The notes under the pieces: generated by a model
The model's database searches: none
What the model was told of the DNA's origin: nothing
Seen by the model: only the letters and a program-made list of their open reading frames with translations
In this document: piece after piece, positions 1 through 10,254 of the stretch
Position numbering within the stretch: the first letter of the stretch is position 1
Layout of the letters: each line of letters opens with the position of its first letter
Assembly: GCF_036321535.1 (NCBI RefSeq)
Contig: NC_087436.1
Location: 89,406,001 to 89,470,000 of the forward strand
Direction: 5' to 3'
Source of the DNA: Camelus dromedarius
Lineage: Eukaryota
Length of the DNA stretch: 64,000 bases
Made by a program: the position numbers and the translations under genes

Positions 1-258
1 TTGTAAAACAAATAGATGTGATTTGGATATCTTATGCTGTTCATAAATCTTAGTTATCAAACATTCAACTTTTCTCCAATTACTTTTTATGGTATACTTT
101 TTTATTTTAAGGAAAATCCCAAATCCCTCTTTGGTCTTTATCTTTGTGCATTTTCAACATTCATCAATAATACTGGGTTTTTTTCCCTCTGTTCTTAAGT
201 GTGATATTCAGTTCCTCTAATACTCTTTTAAAATTATGGTTGATGCCACTCCATGCAG

Positions 259-276
259 TGGCCACCAGATGGTAAT
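259..276 (+). promoter_or_regulatory. CTCF-like motif (forward) TGGCCACCAGATGGTAAT
   Basis: Near-consensus core CCASYAGRKGGC with a terminal C>T mismatch. Confidence 0.4.
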
Positions 277-2475
277 GAAGAGCAGTCTGGCTTCATAGTT
301 TTCTGAGGACCAAATATAATACCACTGTGTCATGTTCCATGTTCCTGGGTTTGCATGGAAAATTTAGTGCCAAACGCTGCATCGGTTTGATGGTCAGCCA
401 GTATACACCTGTGATACTTTGATTATTTACTTTGTATTAACCTGATTTGTGTGCTAGGTTCTATACTGAGGATTTAAAAATACTGAAAAAGACATACAAA
501 TACCTGACATTATGCTTTTCTTCAAAGAGTTTTGTCATTTAAACAACATGAAAGGCCAAAATACTTTTATCCACAATGATTAGTGAGAATAAGTACATTC
601 TTTAGGCTAATTTAATTTCTCTTCTGGTTATGAATATATTTGAAGTAGGAGTCTCTTCATATCACTAGTAAAAAAACTGATAAAATGAAAATAATTCAAA
701 CATGAATTTAAATATTAATGATGGTATTCATATTTAAATTTAAACATTTAAATATTAATAACACCTAGGTCTCAGACTTCTAGTTTTCAGAATTGAGAGG
801 AAGTTAACTTCTGCTATTTCAGCTAAAAAAATGAAGAAGAAACAAGACAATGTATTTATCATAAGATAGGCACTTGGCAACAAATTTATCAATATATTTA
901 ATTTTGAGCACTATTGGTAATGCATCAGTTGCCCTTGTTACTCATTACTATTAGATGCTGAAAAAAGTCTATCACTTGATAGTAGTATTTTTTTTCAGAA
1001 ACTTTGAAAATACACACACGCATACATGGATGCAATCAAGGGAATGTTCCTTCTTATAGTACTTTGTATAAAGTTTATAGAACATTCACACACACATGCA
1101 AAACAATCACGGCTCTTTGGAGTCTAGTATAAAGTAATACTTCTATAATTACTTTGAGACTTACCTCAGAATTCAAGGTCTAACAAATAAAATAATACTT
1201 CACACATTATTAGTCATTTGCAAATAAGCCTACAAGTATTTATTAAATTCATTACTTGGATTCCAAGTCCTTCAAAAGTATTCATTCTACTTATTATAAA
1301 ACATTAGACTTAAGTGAAACAAAAGCTGATATTGGAGAGCTAGTATTTCATATTATAATTTAAATGAATGTGGGATCTTGGAGATGCTTAAGTGTGGATA
1401 TACTTTCTTCAATGTGCAGTTTGGTCATGGACAGTCAAAAAAAATTTAATTAATAATTTAAAATATTTGCTATAATAATTGACTTTCCAAATTTCATGTA
1501 TAGAAATTATTCAGATAAGATACAAATATTGCTTAAATTTTATTCTCTTTCAAGTACTCACACTGAAACCACTAAATCTGCATTAGCTCTATGGCGAAGA
1601 AAAATAAATGTTTATTTTCGAACCAGTAATCAACTAACATTATGAAATATTTATTCAAATAAATGCTGTTAAGGTGTTCTAGCTTTTGTCATTTTTTATG
1701 TTGTAACTATTAAAACAATAGACAGTTTTGAAATTCTTAATAATAGAGATAAAAATCTACAACTAGACAATAATAACAGGCCAGCATACAGGTAAACTTT
1801 TGTAGAAGTATTATTTTAATATAAATAAGGAAAGCCATGACTGGAGAGCATCAAATCAATTTTCTTACCTATACTAAATATATAGGACAGAGAAATGCAT
1901 AAAAGTAAAGATAATCAGTAGCTTCTATATTCTCAGAACTGAAATGTTTCAACTAAGTGTATAACCACAAGCTTTCAGAATTTAAAGCACTAACTCACAT
2001 CATTACCCTCTTCAAATTATTAAAATTGGTTCAATATTTTACCAGAAATAATTAATGGAAAGAAAGAGAAACTGGTTGAACTTTTTCAAATTATTCATCT
2101 TATTACCACTCCAAAATTTTGTCTACCAATCTAGTTGGCTATTTAATAAACAGACAAAAATCAGGCTGAGTACTTTCAAAGGAAACCTGAAATTTACATA
2201 ATAGTTTATAGAAATTGGCAATGGATAGTTTTATCAAATAGGATAGAGATGTTTGTCACACATTAGTTGTAAATGTTTGTTTGCCTACTTGGTTGACTGT
2301 TTTATTATATATGTCATCTTTTATGTTAAAACATTAGTTTATACTTTAGTTGTCCATAGCCTTTGAGAATCTGAGAAAAGTTATGAAGAGCTACACACAA
2401 TGGATACAAAACTTTGTATTAATCTTCAGGACATTTCATAGGCATTGTAGACAAAATGTCCATCCTAAGACTTTA

Positions 2476-2604
2476 CTACTTTAAAAAAAAAATTTTGGAG
2501 GGGGAGGAAATTAGTTTTATTTATTTAAATGGAAGTACAGGGGAGTGAACCTAGGACCTTGTGCACGCTAAATGTGTGCTTTACCACTTAGCTATAGCCC
2601 CCCC
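2476..2604 (-). mobile_element. tRNA-Ala-derived SINE (camelid Vic-1-like), antisense
   Basis: Reverse complement reads GGGGCTATAGCTAAGTGGTAAAGC...AGGTCCTAGGTTCACTCCCCTGTACTTCCA plus an AT-rich tail; perfect 16-bp TSD CCATCCTAAGACTTTA at 2460-2475 and 2605-2620. Confidence 0.85.
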
Positions 2605-2755
2605 CCATCCTAAGACTTTAGCAGTAGGGTGATCTGTATCATTTGTATCAAATGTATACCTTATGATACATTGATAATATATTGCTGGCTTAACATAATG
2701 ATATTTGAGGGTAGTGCATTTGAATATAGCAATTAAAGACTTAAGTTAACTTTCA

Positions 2756-2858
2756 GGGGAGGGTATAGCTCAGTGGTAGAGTGTGGGCTTAGCATGCTTG
2801 AGGTCCTGGGTTCAATCTCCAGTACCTCCATTAAAAGCAAAACAAAACAATAAACAAA
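2756..2858 (+). mobile_element. tRNA-Ala-derived SINE (camelid Vic-1-like), sense
   Basis: GGGGAGGGTATAGCTCAGTGGTAGAG (A box)...GGTTCAATCTCC (B box), A-rich tail; TSD TAAAGACTTA(A/C)GTTAACT at 2734-2751 and 2859-2876. Confidence 0.88.
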
Positions 2859-3716
2859 TAAAGACTTACGTTAACTGTGAAGAAGGAAGTTATAGGTATA
2901 ATTTTAACACCTTCACTTTCTACACAGCTATAAACAGGAAAAATTCACTCACAATCTGGGCCATAATGGATACGAGTTTATGTTGAAAATGACAGCATAT
3001 TTATATTTGTAGCTTAAAGTAATTGCAATTTTTTTGAACATTGGATTTGTTTTAAAACTCATAGTGACAAGATATATATATATATACATACATAAGATAT
3101 ATATAGATACACATTTTAAAGATTTTAGACAGTAAAACCTAACATACAACTTCTTCAAGTAATAGAAAGGTAGAATAAATAAAACACTGTGATATAAAAT
3201 AAAACGAGATACAAATGTCTCTGCTATTGTCTTCAGATGATCTTAAGTACTATATACCAGTTAACAAAAATATAATTGGAAGCAGCTGTATGAAGGGAGG
3301 AACTTTTTTTTTTTTGTCCCTTTGAAGGTACCAGTTTCACATACTTAAAATTGGAATTTTAAAGATAATTTGTCATTAACAATATGGAACTTCTTTTTCC
3401 TAAGACCATTGCTTTCTATTCTTAATTTTCTGACATATATTTTTAAATGGAAATTACAAGGAAAGGTAGAGAATACTGAATTAGGTTTTAGAAAGTGTAG
3501 GAAAGCATTAAGATTGGAGAAATAATATTACTATATTATTTAATATATTACTATATTATTATGATATAATAATAATATAATGTATTAGCAGGTTTTATGT
3601 GGATTATCTGAGGAGAGCAAATGCTTTAACAGCGTATTTGGGGAGCATATTTTTTCCAAGAGAGTAAGCTGGAATTTAATCCAAATTGATTAAGATGGAT
3701 CTGGAAACAAGCGATT

Positions 3717-4020
3717 CATTAATAAATATTTCTTGTTCATTCAATAGATATTCAATAAATATTTCTTGTCCTTGTACTTGGTGTCTTACACAGTAATAAG
3801 AGAAAAAGTAAACTCAGATAAACAAAAGTTACCCAGCCCAGGCCCTCAAAGAGATTACAGTCCTTAAGAGAATAATAATACAGATGGAAATAGGATGAAA
3901 CACAGTAAATGACATGAAGGAGGCAATAGAGAATGTCCTGAGAGTACATACCTTTGGCTATTATGCAGTTTTGGCAACCTGAAAAGGCTTCCCCTTGGCA
4001 AGGAAAATTTTAGCCAGGAG
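3717..4020 (-). mobile_element. L2 LINE 3' fragment
   Basis: CATTCAATAAATATTT...GCCCTCAAAGAGATTACAGTC pattern of an antisense L2 3' end; boundaries approximate. Confidence 0.5.
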
Positions 4021-4377
4021 ATTGAAACAAAGAAAATCGCCCTTGGTTTGATTGTTTCCATAGCAAATCAATCTACCAGTCATCAAACTTTGAACAAACT
4101 ATCAAAGTTCTAAACAGAATATAATTATTGGTGGTGACTTGTTCCAAGGACCTAACTTTACATAAATTACTTAGATCATTGATCCATCATATAAACAATT
4201 CCCGTATGCATCACTGTTAATGTGAAAGGCACCTTTCCCCCTTGGAACCAATAATTAACGTTTGAAAAATTTCTATTGGAAACGCTTATCTCTTTCAATA
4301 AAACACTAAAGTTATAGTGCCTGGTGTTCCCTTTCAAGTCTTCAGTGAACTAAGAGGCGTTCCCTTCCATTTTTATT

Positions 4378-4405
4378 TCTCTCTCTCACACACACACACA
4401 CACAC
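4378..4405. repeat. (TC)n(CA)9 compound microsatellite
   Basis: Direct reading. Confidence 0.9.
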
Positions 4406-5383
4406 CCGGCTTTCTCTTCCCTGCTCTCTCCTCTCCTTTCTCCCCTCCCTGAAGCGTTCTGGAAGTCAGTCACCTCTATTATGAAATGAGGGAACATCAA
4501 AAGTCGCAAGAAGTGAAAGTGAGTTTGAGCAGATGTCCCCTGTCTCCACCTCTTCTCTCCCCTCCAGGAAAGGGATGGAGCAGCAAAACAGAGGGCAAGT
4601 GGGTGCCAGGCGGCGGCGGGTATAGTAAAGGAATTTGGTATCTTTAGGCTCAAGTTCACTTCCTAACAGTTTGGAGAGAGTCCGCCCAGTGAGTTGCAAC
4701 ACCTTTTACCAGGAGGAATCTTCTTTCCTTCGCTGTACCCCAATATCCGAAGGGGAGAGTCCCAGAGGTTGTTTCCGTCCAGACTTGGTCCCCTCTCCCC
4801 ATCACTCCCACCCCCTGCAAGCCCTGCCTTCTCGCCCTTTCTCCACCTCCAGCCTTGAAAATGGATACAAAGAGGTCCTGGAACAACTCAAAGAGAGAGG
4901 AACTTCAGGGGTTAAATCCAAATCCCAACGGGACGGAGGGGGCGGAGTGGAGGCCCAGCGTTGCTGCGGGCCGGGACCCACCTGGGGCGGGGGTCGAGAG
5001 CGCGAGGAGGGGCGGGAGCTCCGGGTCCTGCTCCCCAGAGTTAAAGGTGGGGAAGAACTTGACTCAGCCTTTCGGTGCCAGCGCCCCAGGGTGAACCCCG
5101 GCAGCTTCGGGGTACAGGCACGAAAGGGTGTGAGCGGTATACATAGCTCTCCATACAGTCGAGAGCTCGGCGAGAAAAGGAGGGGGCGCGGAAAGGCAGG
5201 TTCCGCCTCCCCGGCCCGCGTGCACACACGCGCCCACCGCGGCTGGGGCTGGCTGAGCGCGGGCGAGTGTGAGCGCGAGTGTGCGCACGCCGCCGAGAGC
5301 CTCTGCCCTCGCCTCGCACCCTGCTCAGGGCATCTGGAGAGCCTGGAAACGTGAACAGGCTTGAAGTATGGCATGTTGCAAAG

Positions 5384-5469
5384 ATGGTTTCTGCCAAGAA
5401 GGTACCCGCGATCGCGACGTCCTTCGGGGTCAGTTTCGCCCTCCTGCACTTCCTGTGCCTGGCGGCTTG
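5384..5469 (+). CDS. GABRA4: GABA-A receptor alpha-4 subunit, coding exon 1 (signal peptide [29 protein letters not shown])
   Basis: ATG at 5384 in strong context (AAGATGG); translation matches the alpha-4 signal peptide; donor TG|GTGAGT at 5470; 86 nt, phase 2. Confidence 0.96.
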
Positions 5470-5674
5470 GTGAGTTCCCGGGGTGCTGGGGGCCGGGGGA
5501 GGTGGAGAAGGGGTCAGCACTGGGTCTCCTCCGGCCGCCCGCCCCTCCCAGGGCGAACCAGACCCTCCGGTCTCCGCTGTAAGGTCAGGGGCCGTAGCCG
5601 GCTTTGCTCTGACCGCGTAGACGCGGAAAGCAGAAGGGGCGCCGGGTCCAAGAAGAGTATGGAGGTTGGGGGTC

Positions 5675-5684
5675 TGCGTGGGTG
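5675..5684 (+). promoter_or_regulatory. EGR-family motif TGCGTGGGTG in intron 1
   Basis: Matches GCG(T/G)GGG(C/T)G. GABRA4 is a reported EGR3 target, but this site is a motif match only. Confidence 0.4.
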
Positions 5685-5858
5685 GGGTGCGCCTTTTCTG
5701 ACCAGTTCTCTCTCCCCCATCCCTCAGCCCTGCCTCCTTTAGTTTGGGGCAAGAGACTCTTTTCCTAGAAGATAAACCTGTTTCCACCTGTTTGCTGATC
5801 GATCCTTAAAATAATCCCCTCCGCCCCCCTTCTCCTCCTTTTTTTCGTGCGTTTGCAG

Positions 5859-5977
5859 TTTAAACGAATCCCCAGGACAGAACCAAAAGGAGGAGAAATT
5901 ATGCCCGGAAAATTTTACCCGCATCCTGGACAGTTTACTCGATGGTTATGACAACAGGCTTCGTCCTGGATTTGGGG
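5859..5977 (+). CDS. GABRA4: GABRA4 exon 2 (LNESPGQNQKEEKLCPENFTRILDSLLDGYDNRLRPGFG)
   Basis: Polypyrimidine tract plus TTTGCAG acceptor; GG|GTATGA donor; 119 nt; contains the LLDGYDNRLRP motif of GABA-A alpha subunits. Confidence 0.97.
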
Positions 5978-6084
5978 GTATGAACAATTTCAAACGCGCA
6001 AGTGTGTCCTGTCTGTCTCTCTCTCCATCTGCCTGTCTATCTGTGGGAATAACATTAGGTATGCCTCGCGTGCAGAAATGAAAA

Positions 6085-6212
6085 ATCTCTCAATCTCTCT
6101 CTCTCTCCCTCCCTTTCCTTCTCCCTCTGACTCTTTTCTCAATCTCTTTCCCTCTATCTCTCTCCCTCTCTCTTCCTCTCCTTCTCTCCCTCTCCCTCTC
6201 TCTTTCTCTCTT
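6085..6212. repeat. CT-rich polypyrimidine low-complexity tract near the start of intron 2
   Basis: About 125 nt, almost entirely C/T. Confidence 0.9.
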
Positions 6213-7029
6213 GATGAGACCTCTGACAAGAAGACCGCCCCCACCCGTCTTTTCCCATCTCCCTGCCCCCTCAGAAGCTTCGCCTCTCCCCCACACTAAT
6301 TACCTCCTGGGACCTGACTGCTGGGCGGGGGAGGTTGGAGGGGTAGAGTCAAAAATGGGAACTCGGGGCTCAGCTGCCCCGCTGCAAAGCTGCGCCCTGA
6401 GAATGGACTTCCCAGGAACCTGGCCACTTGGCTCAGAGCAGGTTGCACTTGAGACAGCTGATCTGAGGTCCCCTGTCCTCCCATGTGCTGTCAGTCCCTC
6501 TGCCAAAACCTCCACCGTGTTCTACCTAGGACGTGAATCTGGGGCACGAAGCTGCCTGCTCTGCTGGAGAACTCAGTCCTCCCCTATTCTCTTCCACAGT
6601 GGGATGAAATTTTACTTCATGTGGGGAGGTGGCATTTACTTCCCTCCTAAGACTTTGAAGTCCAAGGTATTTCAGCTTTATTTCTTCCTTCAGTAAATAT
6701 CTATAAAGGGTCTTTAAAAGGCACATCCACTAGCAGTACTGTTGCTCTTTTTCATATTCATAGTCCCTTTGCTTATGTAATGAGAGTCTGTGTGGCAAGC
6801 ATTGTGCGAGGCTCCAAGTCCACAGAAGTCTCAAGATATCTTTCTCAACCTCAAATACCCTTTCAGTCCAATTCAGAGAGAACCCATGTCTTTACCCAAA
6901 GTGTGGGCCCGTGTCTTCTGCTCACCAAGTCCCTGTTCTTTCCACTCCTCTGAGCTAGGTGCCTCTTGGGAAATGAGTTGAACAAGACATAGGCTCCATC
7001 TTAAAGGAGCTTACATTCTAGAAGTAGTA

Positions 7030-7230
7030 GTAATAATAACTAATACCGTATTTCTTTACTGACATTCACTTACAGACATTTTGTAGGCATTACTGTTTAA
7101 TCCTCACAGCAACCTGGAGGGAAGGCTAGGACTATTCTTCTTTTACAGATGAAGAAATTGAGGCTTGGGAAGTTAAGCAACCCGTCCAAGTTCACACATT
7201 AAGTGGCATGGGCAGAATGTGAACCCAGGT
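7030..7230 (-). mobile_element. MIR SINE
   Basis: TTTAATCCTCACAGCAACC...TTTTACAGATGAAGAAATTGAGGCTT core. Confidence 0.75.
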
Positions 7231-10200
7231 CCGGTTGTGGATTTAAAAGACAAACCCATGAAGGCTGGGCTGATAGCAGATACTCTGTGATGAGTATCGT
7301 AATATTAGAAGCACAGAGGCATTTAAGCTTCTTATTGAGGGTGATTAGGAGCTAAGAAAATGAGGAGTGTAGAAAGTAAAAGGGAACAGGATGCTCCAGG
7401 GAAAGAGGACAGAATTAGACATTTTTTTGAAGATGTCTGGCCCCAGGTTAGAAAGAATTGTTGGAAATAAAAGAGATTGAATAGGTTAGAGCTGGATGAG
7501 TCTTTGGAGTCTGTCTAGTCTTGTTCTTCTCATTTGACAAACGGGAACACCAAAGACTAGGAAGAGAAGGTGATATATACAGGGGAACATCATACTAATG
7601 ATAGGCTGGAATCAGGTCTTCTGGAATCAGGAGCCATTTTTTTCCCCTGGATCTTCTTGAGAAGGTTAGGAGGAGCCATTGAGGATATTAATTCAGTTTT
7701 TGCATGTTGACAGTGACAAAGACAGATGAGAAGGATGAAAGATTCTCCTGATTCTTTTCACGTTGCCTCTCCAGGGGTAGGATGCTCAGTACTGCTTCTG
7801 CCTCATGCAACTCTGAAAAAAGCCTTCCTTACAGAAGTGAATCACTTGTCAATGCATGATCTTTCCTAAGTGACTGGAAAATTATCACTTTAGACCAGAA
7901 ATAATTTTGTGGAGAAGGTTTCAGTTGATGTGATGCCATTTAAGATGATATTATATCAATAAAAGAGGATTTATCTGCCCATAAAGGTTTTAAGCTTGAC
8001 ATTTCAAGTAAAGAAAAAAAAAAAAGAATCAAATCACACGCAATTTAAATATTCATTAGCGAATGGATGTCCCAGAATGTAAATTTAAGTGGAAAGTTAT
8101 TGAAACTATATGGTTTTATTATTAAATGTTGAAAATTAAAATAATGTCTGCCCAGTTGGTTATAACGCAAGTTATAATTCAAAAGGAAGAAGAGGTCCAT
8201 TGTAGGTACATCCTCTTTACCAACTACCCTCTCCCGTGATAGTATATAGACAATAAAGTGAATGAAATCAACCTGTATAAGCCATTACTGGCTTTTGGGT
8301 GGCTGCGGTACTGCTGAAACGTTTCAAGGGCATTATTAGTCATCTTCCTTGTCTCTGCCAGTTGATCTTCACTACCCACATGGAGATGCTTTTCTCACTT
8401 TATGGGAAGGGGTTGAATTCACGTTACTTCAAGGGTTAGCAGTGGATTAGCTATTAATAATTTACTATATAGCACAATTTTGGGGCTGTTGCTCATAAAT
8501 ATTTGTGGTAAATGTGATTCATTTTTTTAGAAGTGGGTCATTCTCTGTAACTATGTAGTATTCCAAATGTGACAGAGAAATAGTCATTCTCACCTGCGGA
8601 AAGTGTGTAATCTGTTTACAAGATGGTGTAAATGAACACCACTGAAAATAAAAAGAAAACTCATTGTGAGCACAGATTCCTGTACGCCATGAGTTTGATC
8701 CCTTCTTTGACATTTTATACTTTGTGGAAAGTTTGGCATTTTAGAAATGAAATGAAAACAATTCTGATTTTGACCGGTATGCTATAAATAACAGATTGAC
8801 TTCCTGGTTCCTTTAATCCTACTTCTGCTCTTTGTGGAGCGTTTACTTTATATCTGTTTATTCAACTTAGCTGTGTTCCATTTAAAATAAAGCTAAAAGC
8901 AAAGATTGGAATTGAAACTGGATGGTGTGTGATTGCTCAGTAGGCCAGGCAGGGGTTGAAATAGATTTGGAAATGAAATTACATATTTTTAACTCAGTAG
9001 CACAGCTTGCAATGAGGAAGTAAAAGAAACTGAAATGGTTCTTTCTTTTCATCCCTCCAGGATATCTTCTCCCTTGTCTCCCACATTCTCCCATTGGAGA
9101 AGGAAAGAGGGAAAGGTGAGAAGGGAAGGAAGGAGACAGAGTGAGGGAAGCTAGACTGGGACATCTGAAGGGGTAGCTTCTTTCAGCTTCTGACAAATCG
9201 GTCAGCTATCATCTGAAAGTAGCTTGCACCTGCTTAGAAGCAGCACACAAGTGTACCCTTCCACAGAGGAGCTAGAAAATCGTCTCCTGGGCTTGTATCC
9301 ACTTTTGACACGGTTAGGTTACACACCTTCTTAAAGACGCATAGCTAAGGTTGTACTGACCACCAGGAGACAGTTTAGGTAGCCAGTCCCTACCCACTTC
9401 CGTTTATTGAAGGATCACACGACCTTTTGTGCATCTTAATCTTTTAAGGCACATGATCTGGAATAATAAATGCTTCCAGATCAATACAAACTTAGATGAT
9501 TGCCTTAGATTGTCTTCCACAAGCTCTCTGAAATGGGAGTGGAGCACTAGGGTCAGTTTTGCAAGGTTGTTCGCCAACACAGTAGGACTTCACATTAATA
9601 ATGTCCTCTACAGTTTTGAAAACATTTTCACATACAGTGTCTAATAAGATGATCACAACAACCCAAAAAGATAAGCAGGGCGGGCATCACCCCTCTGTTG
9701 GAGAGGAAGCTGAGAAAAGTTGCAACGCATTTAAATTACCCAAGAACCCTGCAGCTACTAATTGACAAGGCCAGAACTCATACCTCACTCTTTCAACCCC
9801 TTAGTCAGCCAGTTGGTCTATTGCTACAACCACTTCTAAGATGTTTTTGCATGCTTCTGTTTACCAAGAGTCAAATTTTCATTAACATACCTTCTTGTTA
9901 CTAAGTAGGTCATTACAATAAGCAAAACTACATTTCCCCCAAAGGAGTAAAATGAGCACTTGTATTCTAAAGCTTTAATAACATTTTAAAATGGAAAAGC
10001 AAACCTTGGGGGAATGTATACACTTAGGTAAATTTGGAATAATTTTCCCATAGAAATGAAAATATCTTTGCAATGTTTTCAGATGACCTATAGCTCAACC
10101 TAAAAATTAAATTGGTATGTCATGGGCAGAGCTTTATTAATTGTATATTGACAGAGAATATATTTTTTAAAAATATTTAGGTGAAAAAAGCACTTTAAAT

Positions 10201-10254
10201 CCACGGGGCAACAGAAAGTCAAAGCTTCATTCTCTTGTGATTTGTCACATTCAT

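Larger units (their letters stand above)
4920..5700. promoter_or_regulatory. CpG-island promoter of GABRA4 with GC boxes (Sp/KLF)
   Basis: Abrupt rise in GC and CpG density against an AT-rich background; GGGGCGG boxes at 4939-4947, 4984-4992 and 5009-5017; spans exon 1 and most of intron 1. Confidence 0.85.

Noticed and set aside
2756..2830. tRNA-Ala(AGC)-like gene
   Set aside because: Imperfect stems, an A-rich tail and a target-site duplication identify it as a SINE, not a functional tRNA.
5513..5533. REST/RE1-like half sites (TCAGCAC here; ACAGCGCC near 61408)
   Set aside because: Only half sites, each with a poor partner half.
4635..5787. Long ORFs over the promoter (239 aa +, 215 aa -, 248 aa -)
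   Set aside because: Most begin at non-ATG codons, are Arg/Gly/Pro/Ser-rich with no recognisable domain, and are expected from stop-codon scarcity in a CpG island.
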